Both the position numbers and the translations under genes were made by a program. Below are positions 63,048-64,000 of a stretch of DNA of 64,000 bases, piece after piece. The notes below the pieces were generated by a model that was not told the DNA's origin, made no database searches, and saw only the letters and a list, made by a program, of their open reading frames with translations. Source of the stretch: an uncultured Acidobacteriota bacterium (GTDB lineage Bacteria; Acidobacteriota; Vicinamibacteria; Vicinamibacterales; SCN-69-37); NCBI GenBank assembly GCA_963816795.1, contig CAWFLT010000007.1:5877-69876 (forward strand), given 5' to 3'. The number at the start of each line of letters is the position of its first letter. The stretch's first letter is position 1.

Positions 63048-63088
63048 TCTAGGTGAGCGGTACGATATCGCTCGCTCACCTAGAATGT
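63044..63088. promoter_or_regulatory. Perfect 16-bp inverted repeat overlapping the PadR start codon (candidate PadR operator or 5' mRNA hairpin)
   Basis: ACATTCTAGGTGAGCG (63044-63059) and CGCTCACCTAGAATGT (63073-63088) are separated by a 13-nt spacer. The PadR ATG is the complement of 63045-63047. Confidence 0.5.
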
Positions 63089-63248
63089 CAAGGTGGGTGT
63101 ATCTTGCAGGGATGGCGGCGATCCTGGCTCATGCCGCTCGACGGAGGGCATCGAGTCCCGTGAGAAGCGTGCGGATGAGGTTCCAACTGGCGTAAATTGG
63201 GGACGCCAACGCTTTCGCCGCAGCGTTCTCCTTGAAGAAGCGCGACTT

Positions 63249-64000
63249 CTATCGTTTCATGACGCGGAAGGCGTTCAGCGTCCTGCCGGTCGCAACCAGA
63301 AGGAGCGGCCCGTCCGCGTCGTTGCTCGTCACCCAACCCACTTCGGGGTCTGGGCCCTGGTTATGCACACTCGCGATAATTTGGCCTGTGGCGAAATCAA
63401 CCACATGCACTTGTCCGCCGTTCATTCCCACGGCCAGCCACGGCTTGCCGGGGGCCACGTAGGCGGAGCGAAGATGCGGTCGGGTACCGGCAGGTAATTC
63501 CAAGGACCATCTCTTGGTGCCGTCGCCCGAAAGCGCGGCCACGATGGCGAGATTCTGGACAGCGCGGCCGCCGAGTGACGTGCCGGCCACCAAGATCGTG
63601 GCGGCCTTGTCTTGTCCTGTCAGTTTCCCGATGCGCACCATTGAGGCATAGAGTCCTGCGCTGAGACCCTTCAGCTTCTTGCCGTCACTGCCGAAGACGT
63701 GCACACTTCCGTTGGCTGAAGTCGTCACGACCTGGGACTTGCCCTCGCCCAGCACATCGCCTGCACAGACATGCCAGACGTTGCCGATGACGGCCGATTT
63801 CCAGAGAAGCTGGCCCTTATTGTCGAGGACGTGCAGTCCGGTGTCTCCGTTGAACCCTACGATCACTTCGTCCGACCCGTCGCCATCCAGGTCGCCAGCC
63901 CAGACGTCATCAATGCCGCTGGCGCGGGCATAGCTCCATAGCTGCTTGCCGCTGAGGTCGTATACCTTCAGCTCGTCCCGCCAAACGCTGAAGTTGAGCA
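63249..64000 (-). CDS. FG-GAP/beta-propeller repeat protein, C-terminal part (5' end outside the window)
   Basis: The frame is open to the window edge. Repeats read ..WAGDLDGDGSDEVIVGFNGDTGLHVLDNKGQLLW.., AGDVLGEGKSQVVTTSANGSVHVFGSDGK. GC is lower than the window average. Confidence 0.6.
   Translation of the reverse strand, partial: LNFSVWRDELKVYDLSGKQLWSYARASGIDDVWAGDLDGDGSDEVIVGFNGDTGLHVLDNKGQLLWKSAVIGNVWHVCAGDVLGEGKSQVVTTSANGSVHVFGSDGKKLKGLSAGLYASMVRIGKLTGQDKAATILVAGTSLGGRAVQNLAIVAALSGDGTKRWSLELPAGTRPHLRSAYVAPGKPWLAVGMNGGQVHVVDFATGQIIASVHNQGPDPEVGWVTSNDADGPLLLVATGRTLNAFRVMKR

Overview
High-GC bacterial chromosomal segment. The gene content points to Acidobacteriota: three ADOP-type duplicated MacB/FtsX permeases (two preceded by PadR), two VWA proteins of the acidobacterial type, TonB-dependent receptors with a carboxypeptidase-regulatory-like N-terminus, and an ECF sigma factor with the DITDLLQRW N-terminus. 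Housekeeping content includes ackA-pflB-pflA, hutH-hutU, purA, a phosphate porin with pstS-pstC-pstA, rnc, aqpZ, cutA, ftsB-like, a cyclophilin, a GntP permease with an M19 dipeptidase, a trans-sulfuration PLP enzyme and tRNA-Glu(UUC). Main observations follow. (1) A three-gene operon holds a eukaryote-like Rab/Ras small GTPase. It is preceded by a roughly 830-aa protein with coiled-coil, Roadblock-like, TM and OmpA-like parts, and followed by an unknown 197-aa protein. (2) By hand-joining ORFs I count roughly thirty reading-frame switches, all inside about a dozen genes, while more than 35 neighbouring genes are intact. This is either non-uniform assembly error or genuine decay. (3) Palindromic or tandem DNA elements are common. 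Two lie in frame inside coding sequences: a 97-bp palindrome in hutH and a 4 x 33-bp hairpin repeat in an ADOP permease. Several intergenic hairpins are built from short oligomer repeats, including a roughly 330-bp one where pstB would be expected. (4) A translationally coupled wHTH plus nucleotidyltransferase-fold pair sits next to tRNA-Glu. (5) A probable degraded tyrosine-recombinase remnant lies in a lower-GC gap. All calls come from reading the sequence and translations by eye; no database search was run.
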